A stretch of 64,000 nt of DNA from Massalongia carnosa (Eukaryota): positions 2,356,001 through 2,420,000 of the forward strand of contig OZ287069.1 in assembly GCA_965645245.1 (NCBI GenBank). The letters are read 5' to 3'. The notes beneath the pieces were generated by a model, which made no database searches, was not told the origin of the DNA, and saw only the letters and a list, made by a program, of their open reading frames with translations. Below, in pieces: positions 11,893-25,255 of the stretch (positions are counted from its first letter, which is position 1; each line of letters opens with the position of its first letter). Position numbers and translations under genes: made by a program.

Positions 11893-13486
11893 CTAATACT
11901 CCGGAAACCTTGGATCAACCTCCCTTCTCCACGCCTCCAAACCCCCGCGGATATCCTTCACCGCTCGCGCCTCCGGGCTTGCAAACTCAGGCAAGGATCT
12001 TAGGGCCTGTACTGCGAGTTGGGAGTCGTTGCCGAACCTGCAGACGAGATAGATTGGGCCTTTGTAGGCGTGGGCGTTGTCCAGAAGCTGCCGCAGCATC
12101 GAGTTTTCGAGCTTGTCTGGATAAGCGGAGGAGGAGAATTGAGAGAAGGGAATGTTGATGCTATGCTCCAAATGGCAAAGCTCGAATTGGGGAGGTTCTC
12201 GGACGTCGATCAAAGTGTGGGCGATGCCTGGAGTTTGAATGTTCTCCTTGTAGTCCTGAGCTGAGATGCGGGCATCGGAGGGGATGATGGCAGTTGCAGG
12301 GGCGGAAAGCATGCAGAAGGATGAGTAGTCGAAGGAACCGGAGGATAGAGTGTGGCGGCTTATGGTTGCGGACCCAGAGCAAGAGGGACATGCCGGGCGC
12401 TTGCCACGGAGGCGCATGCTCCGGAAGGGAGGGGAAGTATAAGCCGAATACAGAAGAAGGGAGGCAGACGTTTGTGGGTATATTTGAGTTACTGGGGGAG
12501 ATGATGCAGTGATGATCTTTATCGCTTCGACTGCCATTAAAACACCCATCACGCCAACCACAGGTCCAAGTATGCCACCTTCCCCACAGCTCATGACACT
12601 ATCGGCTGGCGTAGGTTTGGGGAACACGCATCGATAGCAGAACCCTCCATCGTCTTTCCCAGCCGAACGAGGAGGATTGTTTAGGACTAGCAGCTGGCCC
12701 TCTGTACGCAACGCCGAGGCCGAGATGAGCGGTTTGCCAGCTATGACTGCCGCATCGGAGATCAGATAGCGCGATGTTGGGCGATCGGTGCAGTCGAGGA
12801 TCAAACTGTACTGATCAATGATATCAAGCGCAGTCGTAGGCTCTAGGTACGAGGGATGGGCACGATACTGGACCTTTGCGTTGTGTCTTACTCCGTTAGG
12901 TAGCTCGGCTTTGAATTTATAGGGACGAACGTACTGTCTGAGACCGTCAATGGCACTAGTGACTTTAAGACAGCCTATCCTGTCGGATGTGTGTAGAATC
13001 TGCCGATGAAGGTTTGATGTCTCGATCATATCGCCATCCACAAGGCCTAGTATACCTATCCCAGCTCCGGCAAGATAACTTGCTGCAGGGCATCCTAGCC
13101 CGCCTGCTCCAACAATCAGGACGGAAGCATTCTTCAATTTCATTTGTCCTGCATGCGTTACACCAGGTTAGTGGTTCATCTCTGCTGATATGGTGAAATG
13201 CCTTAATCGAACCTTTGAGGCCAATTTCGGGCATTATCATCTGCCTTCCATATCTCTTGTACTCCTCTGCGTCCAATGGCCACCTCCAATCATCGTTCGC
13301 ACTTGACGCATTCGGCGGGCCTCGTGAGGTGTCTGAGTTGACAGAGCCCGCTTTGTCTTGGTTGGTGCAGTCTGCTGGTGTTAGGGAAGACTCGGCAAGG
13401 TTCTGTTTGAGATCGGCGAGTAGAATCTCGAGCGCATCAATCCGAGAGCGCAGATTCTCCTTATTCGCTTTACTTCTGTCATGCAT
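11893..13486 (-). CDS. UBA4: adenylyltransferase/sulfurtransferase Uba4/MOCS3 (Urm1 and molybdopterin synthase activating enzyme); 3 exons
   Basis: EEYKRYGRQMIMPEIG, VGAGGLGCPAA, SNLHRQ, CYRC, SCGEGGILGPVVG and the rhodanese motif CRFGNDS, ending FPEY. Introns near 13150-13212 and 12890-12935. Confidence 0.95.
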
Positions 13487-13818
13487 GGTAGCGATTTTGT
13501 TCTAGTTTGTAGGAGAATAGGGAGAGATTTCATAAATTACTCCATACTCGTAGAGAAAAGGTGGGTACAATACTAGTACTTCGGTACCTGACCAATTACT
13601 AGATCTAGACCAGGCCATAGGCGTTCATACCTAGTTACATAAGGTAGAACGGCCTGATGGATTCGGTACCTAACTTCAGGTAGGTCCTCTGCCCTACCGC
13701 CCTATGTACTATACCTAAAACTTACTTCTGCACACATACACTACACTATCGAACCCCTTTAAATCATTATCGACAAAGCTGAGCGTTTCTTTGGGCGTGA
13801 ACAACAACACGAAATATC

Positions 13819-14426
13819 ATGGTATGGCCCATGAAGTCTTGTTATTCTGTTCATGATATCAAGTCTAAAGGATAAAGGCGCCCACAATAGGCAGACGGTC
13901 TTCGATACGCTCTCGTACCTCCAGAATAGCCCCAAGTAGTACCAGATCTATAGCGGATACTTTCAAAGGCTTCAAGCCGTCATTCAGCAATACGAAGAAA
14001 CACAAGCGGGCATTCAGGCATTCAGCTCTAGTCTCTCGGATCGAGAAATCAAAATCCCAGTCCACGAAGCGAAGACGTCCATCTAAGAAACTAGTTACAA
14101 ATCTCGAAGATCTGGTAGAAGCTTTGCCGGTCTTGGGCCAGGAAGGGGATAAAGAAATGGTGATAGGTGATGCAAGGATCAAGCATAAGAGTTTGAAAAG
14201 TAAGCCAGGAGCGATGAGAAAGAAAGAGAACTTGATTGCTCGGGAAAGAGAGAGATTTAACAACAACATGGCTCAGATGATACAAACGAAAGCGGAAAAG
14301 GTCTCTAAAACCGCGACATCATATGCTAATGAAAGTACTGGATTGAGATGGGCAGCTATTAGGGAGTTTATTCAGCAAAGAGTAGAGCAACGACCAGGCA
14401 TAAGCATAGAACCTAAGGTTTACTGA
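13819..14426 (+). CDS. SLX9: ribosome biogenesis protein Slx9-like; micro first exon
   Basis: An ATG followed by a GTATGG intron, then TKKHKRAFRHSALVSRIEK...KRRRPSKKLVTNLEDLVEALP...SLKSKPGAMRKKE...ERERFNNNMAQM...RWAAIREFI. It is divergent from UBA4. Confidence 0.8.
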
Positions 14427-15649
14427 TTGGCCCATTTAAACTCACTCACACAGACCGCAAGCGTTGCTGTTCTCGATTTTACCTTTTCCCCGCAATAATA
14501 GTCTTACATGGATTTTACCTATATTATTATCCCACCTCCACAGTTTAGGCGCTCCCTTGAGTGGGAGTTTCATGAACAAGAGAAAACCATTGACCTGTTG
14601 TTCACGGGCGGCCAGGCTGACTGAGGCTTGCAAAAAGTGGTAGATCATCGTTCTCTTTGCGTAACGCCCACATGGAAGACCCCGGGGATTTAGTCTCAGA
14701 CAAGCTAAGATCTGCATGGCTGCCTATTTGACGCCTACGCTCTTAATTCTTCCGATTTGCGACGATTTGCTGAGACTCAAGCCCTTCCTTGAATTCTTGG
14801 AAGGTATACCCGACACCCTTTGCTATAGCCTTTTATACCTATTTTCTATGACTAGTTTGAAAATTCTAGTGATGTCTAACCGTAGTTTTCAAGATCATGT
14901 CCTTGCACTCTCACCAGAGCCTCATCGGACCTTACTCTACAAAAGGCTAGCATAAGATTATTGAACAAGGCTTAGGGTATCAACGTCGGGCAGATTGTAC
15001 GAAAAGGGGTAATTATTTTTTGTTGCTTTACTTTCACGCAATATCACTGTTAGCCAGACCTATCAGGCCAGTTGAATTGCATCACCACAATGCTTCTGCA
15101 TAATGAATATCTGTTCAGTTCCGAACACTCTGGCTACAGCTACCATTTGCCAATACCGACAATAGCAAGAAGCGTATCGCCCGGCTTTTTTTCAAGCCAG
15201 GCAATGCTCTGACATGGCTGAGGCCTGTATGACAACAAGCCCTTCTGCTTCGTTATACGCCTCCGAGCAAATATTGAATCATGAAGCGGCACTCTATTCC
15301 GATGAATAAATTTGGTCAGAAATCCGCATTTGGTATTAAAAGATTCTACCCATAACATTTAATACGTACGGTTTCTCTGCCAAACATGAGACCTGTCTAC
15401 GATTAAGCAGCCAAAGGGGCTTCGCGACGATTAAGCCATAAGATCCGGCCCCCGGATTCAAAGGCACGCCGCTTCGTACTTGCTTAGTCTGCCAAGCTCG
15501 CTACTTGCCCCTTTGACAATCTCTGCGTCTCATCGAACTCATATTGATGAACCATCCCTATCCACGGTTGCCTTTATTGTCCTGTGACTTCCTAGAGCAC
15601 ACATCACGCCACTGTACTGCCTATCGTAAATACAGTTTCCCGTTACAGA

Positions 15650-16607
15650 ATGGAAAACCTACCCCTAACGGACTGGTACGATGGTGAATCAAGAGCATCC
15701 TCATATGCTACTCCATCCACAGTTGAGCCGGAAAGAAACAGCCAAGAAAAAAGGCAGCAGCACGAAGCGCTACGAGAATACCATACACAACTTCTCGCAC
15801 ACCCTTTGACATTAGAACCGCCTGCAAGGCGCTCCGTGATATCCCTCAACGAGAATTTGAGCCAAGTCAGCGCAGGCGCAGGTAGGCTCCTAGCCCAAAG
15901 TACTCCTACTCAATATATCAACTTATATCCTAGAACTACTGCAAAGTGACGAGCAATCCTCTGAATCCTCTGGTTCGAAAGAGATCGATCAACCAGATCC
16001 GATCTGTATATAATTAGAGATTCCAAACATACCGTTCCGATCTCTATCGTCCCATTCTAATAGTCCAACTCAAGCCTCCTATTCCCCGCCTCAAAATGTC
16101 GATTCTACCCACAACTTAGCTCAACTCCCTGATGAGCTAAATGCCCATCCAACTAATGCACCACAAATCACCATTTCACCCCTTTCAAAAGCAGGAAACC
16201 CGTCTTACACTCCAGTTCCCGTAAAGGTCTCTCCTGGAAGCCTTCCATCTGCGTAACCCCCCCCTTCTCTTTCTCCTACTGTCTCAAAATCTATTGCTCA
16301 TCGAACTCTGGCCCCTACTCTTGCTTCTTCCGCCCCACCCTCTACTTATTCAGGCTTGTCCGCGTCTTATCCACAACAAATTGAGCCAACTCGCCATAGA
16401 AAAACGACCGCTCGATCTCCAATCTCTCGCTCCATATCGCCAACGCACCGCAAACGCAACCGGTATCGTCGCCGCTTTGCCCGCTGGGTGAAGAAGAAAT
16501 TCCGTATGCAGGGTCCGTGGTGGGCTGGGGGCTTGCACAGCGCAATGGAGGGCGAGAGGGCTATTAGGAGAGCGGAGAGCCAGGGCCTTTTGCGGCGAGA
16601 AGGTTGA
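15650..16607 (+). CDS. hypothetical Ser/Pro-rich protein, probably 3 exons
   Basis: ORF segments can be joined by candidate introns at about 15882-15933 and about 16253-16352. No recognisable domain. Confidence 0.45.
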
Positions 16608-19600
16608 TACGGGGTTTGCCGTAGCGTTGGGTGAGATAATGGATATAAATGCTGGACGTGATCCTGGATGCCGTGTTGGATATCGTGCTGTTTCCTAGCG
16701 TTGCGCGATCGGGCAAAAGTTCAGGAGCCAAGGAGTGCTTTGGGAGGTGTATGGCTCAACGTTCAAATCTTGTAGAGAGATGGTAGATAGACATAGTGTT
16801 AGCTTTCACCGAACACTCATGGCAATGCCCAGAAGCCCCGCCCTTGTCTGTTAAATGCTCAAAACTAAGTCAGCTAGTTAGCCAGCTAGCCCACAGATAC
16901 TCCAACTTTTTCTAAATCTTGAATCTTTTTTGACGAAGATAGATGTGATCGCGCTGGATTCATCTTCAATGAGACAATTTTTTCGCCATAAGATAAAACA
17001 AATCTGATGAGCCTTTTTTTGCCTGGTTTGTTAGTAAAACGACATGCCTCGCCACGAGGCGCTGCCCCTTTTTAGGCAGGTTGATAATGGTACATAGTTT
17101 GGATGATGCCTAACTAAGGAAGAACTCCTGTGTCCTGTGTCCTGTCTACTTACATACCTAGATACCTAGATACTTCTCCACAGCTTCCTTTGCCCACAAT
17201 TCCCCTATATTAGGTAAATATCAATTTTTTCTCTTCCTTTGAATTCTTCCACCGTTCATCATCCATTCATTGTTCGATTCCTATAAATTATCCTTACCCA
17301 GCTTCTAACCTTTGTTATCTATCTCTCTTTCAGCTTTGTTTGATTATATCCTCCTGGCATTGCTCCACGTTCCTCGCTCCATACCGAGGAACATGAAAAC
17401 ACGAAGGGTTTTATGCTTTATTAATTGGTATATTAGATGCTGTATTGGATGAAAGAATATGAGAAATAGTCGCGGAGGAAAAGGTTTTCGTAAGGAGGGG
17501 GAGTGGGTAGGATATTCCCTCCTTGATCCCCCCCATTCTTCCTCAACGCTTTTCTTGGAAATTAGGATAGTTTTGGCAAATAAGGAGAAATCCCGTAGGA
17601 CGGTCGGTGTTTATTGAATTGGTCGATTTTTCTCTTTGGGTTTTTTTGTTTGGAGCATCCTTCACTGAAACTGACTCTGGATCACATCCAAACTAGTTCT
17701 TGCAGCCGGCATTTCAACGGGAGTTAAGAAACCCTCGAATGTGGTTTAGCGTGGCTCGTCAGAAACATGGGAGACCTGACTACCTGCATCAACCTCTTAC
17801 ATACCTAGAGATTGGTGGACAACCTTCTCGATCAGTTGCGTACCAGTTGGTTTAAATTGAATCAAATGTCATGTAATTATGGCAGACTATGACAGGATAG
17901 ACGTAGCATATTTCTGTGCTTTTTGCGGGCTTTCCATAGAATCTTGCAATGAGAATTTTACAGTTTGAGGAAAAAGTAATACGAGTACCGTCTCTTTCGC
18001 ATACTCCCTAATCCATGTCTTTCAATTCTTTCGTACCATCATGTTATTTGATCGGTTTGTTACCTTCCAAGTATTTCCTGATCCACGTATGGTGTTCTGA
18101 ATTCTGACCAAAGAATAGCTAGAGAAATTTTGTTGAAGCGGATGCGAATAGGGAAAACCCGAATGATTATAAGTACCGATCAGCTATCAACGCGCATGGT
18201 AAGAAGGTATGGTTGCTGTTCGAACACTCTATGGACCGACATACGAAATCCTGCAAAACGGTGTATACAAAGGACATGATTATAATAACAAGCCTGTGGA
18301 AATGAGACATCACTAGACGCGGGCCCGGTAGTAACGATAGTAAAGATTTTCATGGCTTCTCGCTGCAGATCGCTGCAGCCAGTGAGCATTTTCAGATTTA
18401 TCGGCGGCTCGCAGTAAGGAGCATGGTGACGAGATTTAGAGAAAACGGAATGCCATGTTGAGGGCATGTATATCTCCATTCTTCCAGGAGATTGCTTATT
18501 AGTTGTTGTACGACAAAGCAACAGTCCGCCTTGAGAGCCCAAAGAGGAGTGATGTTGTTAGTGTACTCCCTAAGGGCACTGTTCCTATCTAGGTACAGAT
18601 TCTTTCCGCTCTGCTCGGGATTAAGAATATTCATTTTATATTTCCGAATAAGACCTTTCCGTTCACTAACAAAAAGCAGGTATAGCTTAGTGGTTTAAAT
18701 TGTTAAACTCGCTTCCCCCTCCTTCACAGGAGGACACCAGTTCGAGTCTCTTACTGACCGTAAATTTACGTAGAAACCTAGTTGTTCCCCCTCCGGGAAG
18801 ACCTCCTTCCTTTCATTAAAGGTGGAGGGCGAGCAGAGGCTGAGCGAGTGGAGGAAAGGGGGATTTCATATGTTCTAGTTAGCAGAGATGTACAACTCTA
18901 GGGTTCAAACCTAGGAGTTGGAACTCGTTTTGTTATTTTGTTTGGTTGAGGTTTTTTTTTGGTGGTGAGGTTGGATTTATAAATTGGTCAATCACCAGCA
19001 TCAATCGTCACAGTTCAACAGACTCTTTTTTCTTCTTCTAAATCTCTTTAGTATTGACAACCATACTCATTTCGAGTCGAGATTATTTTATTCTTGTTCA
19101 AGAGCAAAAAAATGATTAAACACCATTAGCATAACCAACCTCAGAATCAACCTTAACCAACCTAGTTCCCTTACTAAACCCAACCTAACCAAAGCATCAC
19201 CACCTTCACCCTCATCGTCCCCACAAAATCTATCAGCCTCCCTCGTGCGTCATTAGCTCCACCAACAACCAACCACTCGATCCCAACACAGCATCATCAA
19301 CAAGCATCACCACCACCCTAGGGAAAGGCGGATGTAGTTAAGAGAGAGTGAAAGCGTGTGAAGAGCTCCCGTCGAGTGTTTGGCTAGTTAGCTGGGGCGA
19401 ATAAGAGGCGGTTTCTTGGTGGCGGGGATGATTGAATGGATGGATGGATGGATGGATAGAGAGATGAGTAGGTAGGTAGATAGGCTAGCCTGCAGCAGCA
19501 GAAGGAGGAGAGCATTTAGAAAAGTACATATGCCTCTTTCTCTTCTACCTTCCTTCCTTCACCTCTTAACCACAACTCTTCGTCCCCCTTCCCCCCAAAA

Positions 19601-20609
19601 AGACTTCTGTTGTTTTCATCAAGAGATAGATCGGAAACAGATACACGGTCCATATTTACCATTCCTATTCTTTCCCTTCCGCGAAAAGTGTTTCTCTCTG
19701 TGTGTATCATAGGGAAAGGGGGAGATAGATAGGCACCTACATACCTACCTCCTAACCAGTGACCAAGCTAGCGAAAGGATCCTTCCTTTCCCTTTACCTT
19801 TCCCCGTTCGTTAGCGATAACTACCTACCTGGATAGGGAGATTTTAAACGTTTCTGTGAGTGAGTGGGCGGACGATGGAGCTATTGTTTCTAGAAAAAGA
19901 TATATATACACACAAATAATTGGGAGGTTCGGAAGTCTAGCTGTCTATCTGTTACCTGTTTGTTTACCGACTCGGAGGGGCGGACGAAGCTCACCTTGAC
20001 TTCTTTTCTATTTAAAAAAGAAAGAGATAGCATGAATCTTCATCCCTTCTCATTCCCCATTTGACCCTGTCCCTTTTTCCAAGCTACAAGATGGGCCAAG
20101 CGGGGGTGGGGAGTCTGGAAGGGGTATGAGAAACAGGAAGCTAGGTGAGGTCGTCACGGAGTGAGAAATAAAGATAACATTGCTATTGCAGGTTACAGGT
20201 GGGAGGGGAGGGTTCGGGACTTGATGGTCGGTGGTGGGTTTTTGGGGGGGGGAAACAGAAAGGGGGGTTTCTTGAGGGGGCGTGATATAGGGAAAGAGAT
20301 GGACGGATGAGTCGGAGAGAATTTGCAGTGAGCTTCAAGAGCACATGAGAAACGTTTTGACATATCTTGACGTCATCATCTTCTGCTTTTCAAATACAAC
20401 GCAGAATGGATTCTGTTGCTATTGATCTTGGGTCTGACAGGGCAGAATCGGACTCGACAACGGTTTCGAACTTGGAAAGTATATTTTCTTCTTCTAAAAG
20501 CCAGCGAATAAATACATCCCGACGCAACTGTACAGAAACACAACGTTCTTGAATTTCCCCTTAAATGGACTACAAACCATGCTTGGGATACAGTTAGAAA
20601 GAATTTAAT

Positions 20610-21868
20610 CTACCGTTTTCCCACAGGCGGGTTGTAGACCAGTTTCCGTGTCTTAATGGGCGACCATTTGTACCTACGTCTTAGAGTTAGCGAGAACAGA
20701 AAAGAGATAATTCATGAAAACAAAGATACCTCTTGACCCATATGCTCAGCGCGAGAAGCGCAGACGTAATGACGATTGTCGCAACGCCCATCTTTTTCCG
20801 GGCATCCATTTCTGGCTCGGCGGACCAGTTCAGGAACTCAACAACGTCTTTGGCCATTTGGGATGTTGTTGCGGGCGTGCCATCTTCGTATTCCACCAAA
20901 CCATCGTAAAGAACACGCGCCATTGCGATACCTGCGCCAATGTCAATAATCCCTTACGCTGACCGAACTGATGACCTGAGAGTAGTCGAAGCTCACCGGT
21001 TCCTGGAAAATATGGATTAAAGTTCAAACCCGGAGCAACGACCGCGCCAGGAGGTGGTTCCTCGGGATACCCCGTTAAAAGTGAAAAAATATAATTGCAA
21101 CCGCCATGTCTGGCCTTGACCATTAAACTAAGATCTGGCGGCAATGCCCCGTTGTTTGCCGCGCGAGCCGCTTCGTCGTTTTTGTAGGGAGAAGGAATGT
21201 AGTCGGAGAGCTTACCAGGGCGCTTCTCGATCTCACCTTCATCATTGGGTTCGGTATCGTATTCGTTTTCTTCGGCCATGGATTTTGCCTCGTCGACAGT
21301 GTGGGTGTTGCCAACAAGGGTTCGCCAGGGGATTCGTTTTAGCGAGTGGCAGGATGCGCATACTTCGCGGTAGACTTGAAAGCCGCGTCGTAGTCTAATG
21401 TGATGTGAGATTGTGGAGATAGAGGCTGAGAACGGGGGGAGACTGACGCTTGGTGATCGAATGTTTTAGTGAATTGCTCGTGCTCCCACGGGTATTTAGG
21501 GGGATGTAGCCTGTCGACGTTGGGTTTAGCTCGGCACAACGTCTGTATTGAGAGCGGCTCACCCTTCTTCTTGCGGCGTCATAGCATATAATGTCTGTCC
21601 AAAAAGGTGGTAGTACCACGCAATTGATCCAATCGCCATAATCGTGGCTGCCGTGCCAGCAGCTGTCAGTCTAGCCGGCGATGCTAAGGCTTCTGAAGTA
21701 GTGGCCGAGGAAGAAGAGGTTGAGGATCGCTAATATTAATCATGATTAGCCTAGCGCAGATGCTGTTGCAAGATCCATGGAAATAGCTACAATCGAGATC
21801 CGCCCCACAGGCCTACTCCTTGCTTTGCTAACCAGTCGCGCAGACCGGAGGGTTGACCGTGTCAACAT
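20610..21868 (-). CDS. CYT1: cytochrome c1, mitochondrial complex III heme protein; multi-exon
   Basis: Presequence [12 protein letters not shown], then [11 protein letters not shown], heme motif CASCH ([17 protein letters not shown]), [38 protein letters not shown] and C-terminal [16 protein letters not shown]. Confidence 0.97.
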
Positions 21869-22129
21869 GGTGGGGAGAAGGCTGGTAGCCAGATCAGAAG
21901 AGAAAAATATTCACAAGCAACTGAAAGACGGCGGATTGGAACCGCGTGTGTTGGGAGGTGGTGAGCTGAAGAGGTTATATCCTGCAAGTAACGTTTGTGG
22001 ATTTTGCATAGGTCGAGAGAGGACTGGCTTCGACTTGCATCTGATTGGGTAGACTCATTTCTCAAATGATGACTAATGGTTATGGCCTCTGTACGAGATT
22101 CGGGTGAAAAGTATTGACACCACCTTAAG

Positions 22130-22470
22130 TGAACATTTTTTAATAATTTACATTTTTACATCAACGTTTTGGAAAAATTAAATTTTGAAATAAATATTGT
22201 TTTAAATATCAAAATTTTTAATACAAAATTTTTTCAAGTTCAAGAATAACATTAAATTGAATTCGATATTGTTCAAAAAATCGAGAAAAGTTAAGGTTTT
22301 TAGCGGGGAAAATCAATATTTTCAAAATTCAAAAAATCATCGAACGTTCAAATTAACTTGCAATCATTCATAATTTTGATAATAAAATCATTTGAATATA
22401 AATAGTTAAGTGTCAAGTTATGATAAAATAGTAGTATTTTGAAGTGGGTGAAAAATTTGGCGCAAATCCG
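22130..22470. repeat. AT-rich, heavily mutated repeat remnant in the CYT1/ARO3 intergenic region
   Basis: Very low GC; GG/CC-poor while TCGA-type words remain; no ORF. Confidence 0.5.
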
Positions 22471-22487
22471 TCCGAGCTAACCTCGTA

Positions 22488-23812
22488 CAGTCGGGTCTAG
22501 GAAGTGACCGAACAGCGCACGTTCCACCCCCATTTTACCCCTCACCCCTAATGATGAAAATCACCCCAATCAATCAATTTCCAACTTGATGCTTTGAAAC
22601 CTACATATTTCGTCAAATACTGTATGCTGAAGAAGATTAAGTTATCAGTATTTAATAGAACCCCCTTTAGCCTTAATAAGAAAGCGAATACGCTCAGGCA
22701 TGCTCTCAATGCACCGTCTGAAGTCCTCCTCAGTCAACAGCTCCCATTCCTCCCGAATAGCCTGCTCCATGGCCTCAATTGTATGGATTTGGTGACGACG
22801 GGCACTGACCCGTATTTTGATAATACGCCAGAGATTCTCAATGGGATTCAAATCGGGTGACTGAGGTGGCCAATCCATGCGTAAAAGCCCGTTTCGTCTT
22901 CCCCAATCAATCACCTTTTTCGAAGTATGATAGCTGGCTCCGTCATCCATCCAGATCGTCAAACCTCGCCTAGTCAAGCATGCTTCATAAAACGAGAGCC
23001 CTAAAGGCCGTAGCACCTCGTCAATGTAGATATCTGAAGTCATTCGTCTCCCCTTATTCAAAACGAGCATAGGGCCTTTTTCACCCAATCGTATGCTAGC
23101 CCAGATGCCCAAAGTGCTTCGTCCGCTTTTGAATGTAGGCTTCAGATATCTAGACTCCATGGCCGTGCCTTTTCGTCTCGTGACGTAGCACGAGCGAGTG
23201 TCTAAACCAGTTTCAAACGTAGCTTCATCTGTCCATATAACTCGGCCCCAATCTTCTACCGTCCAATGCTTATGCTCCTTGCCCAATTTTAGCCTGATTG
23301 CTTTGTGACGTGCTGATAGAAACGGCTTTTTTCTAGCCCTGAAACGGAAATAGCCACCGAGCTTCAGATATTTTCGTACGGTGACGCGAGAGAGCTTTTG
23401 ACCCGATTTGGAAGGGGTAGTCAGGGCCAGCAAATTATCGTGTGGATTTTTCTCAACATGGCGAATCAATGCCCGTCTAGCACGGACATTTAGCTTGGTT
23501 GGCCGACCAGTACGTTTTTTGGGAACGGAAGAGGCGTCGGCTTGTCTCTTAGCTCTATGAACTATGGTGACTACGGTGGAACGGGCCAGCCGAACTTGAC
23601 GGGCTATTTCAGCATAGGATAAGTGGACTTCATGAAGGGCTACAACGATAGCAATGGTTTCAGACGAGTGTTCACGTCTGGCCGTCTTGGGTTTAGAAGG
23701 CATTTCGTTGATCAGATGAAAATTGATGTAGAAAGGGGGGGGTGAAGTAAGGGGGGAATTTAGATGAGGGGAAATTAAGCGAAGTGTTTGCTGACTTCCT
23801 AGACCCGATTTG
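22488..23812 (-). mobile_element. Tc1/mariner DD34E transposon, copy 1 (1325 bp, open ORF)
   Basis: TA TSD at 22486-22487 and 23813-23814. TIR core TCGGGTCTAGGAAGT at both ends. Near-identical to 34818-36142. Confidence 0.97.
22645..23703 (-). CDS. Tc1-family transposase (352 aa, DD34E)
   Basis: ATG 23703 (MPSKPKT), HTH region, WTDEATF, WMDDGASYH and SPDLNPIENLW, with 34 residues between the second D and E. Confidence 0.95.
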   Translation of the reverse strand: MPSKPKTARREHSSETIAIVVALHEVHLSYAEIARQVRLARSTVVTIVHRAKRQADASSVPKKRTGRPTKLNVRARRALIRHVEKNPHDNLLALTTPSKSGQKLSRVTVRKYLKLGGYFRFRARKKPFLSARHKAIRLKLGKEHKHWTVEDWGRVIWTDEATFETGLDTRSCYVTRRKGTAMESRYLKPTFKSGRSTLGIWASIRLGEKGPMLVLNKGRRMTSDIYIDEVLRPLGLSFYEACLTRRGLTIWMDDGASYHTSKKVIDWGRRNGLLRMDWPPQSPDLNPIENLWRIIKIRVSARRHQIHTIEAMEQAIREEWELLTEEDFRRCIESMPERIRFLIKAKGGSIKY

Positions 23813-23906
23813 TACATCCGAACTTCGAGTCATAAAGCAGCAACACAATAAATTTCTTCGTTTCGTTTCATTTCCTTGCTAATTCAGCAAATATTCTCAT
23901 ACAAAC

Positions 23907-25255
<1,349 letters not shown>

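Noticed and set aside
18676..18760. tRNA gene (A/B-box-like motifs, TTCAC loop, possible Sec/Glu/Val anticodon)
   Set aside because: There is no acceptor stem, the anticodon hairpin has a 4-6 nt loop and the D-arm spacing is wrong. Kept only as part of the structured-RNA candidate.
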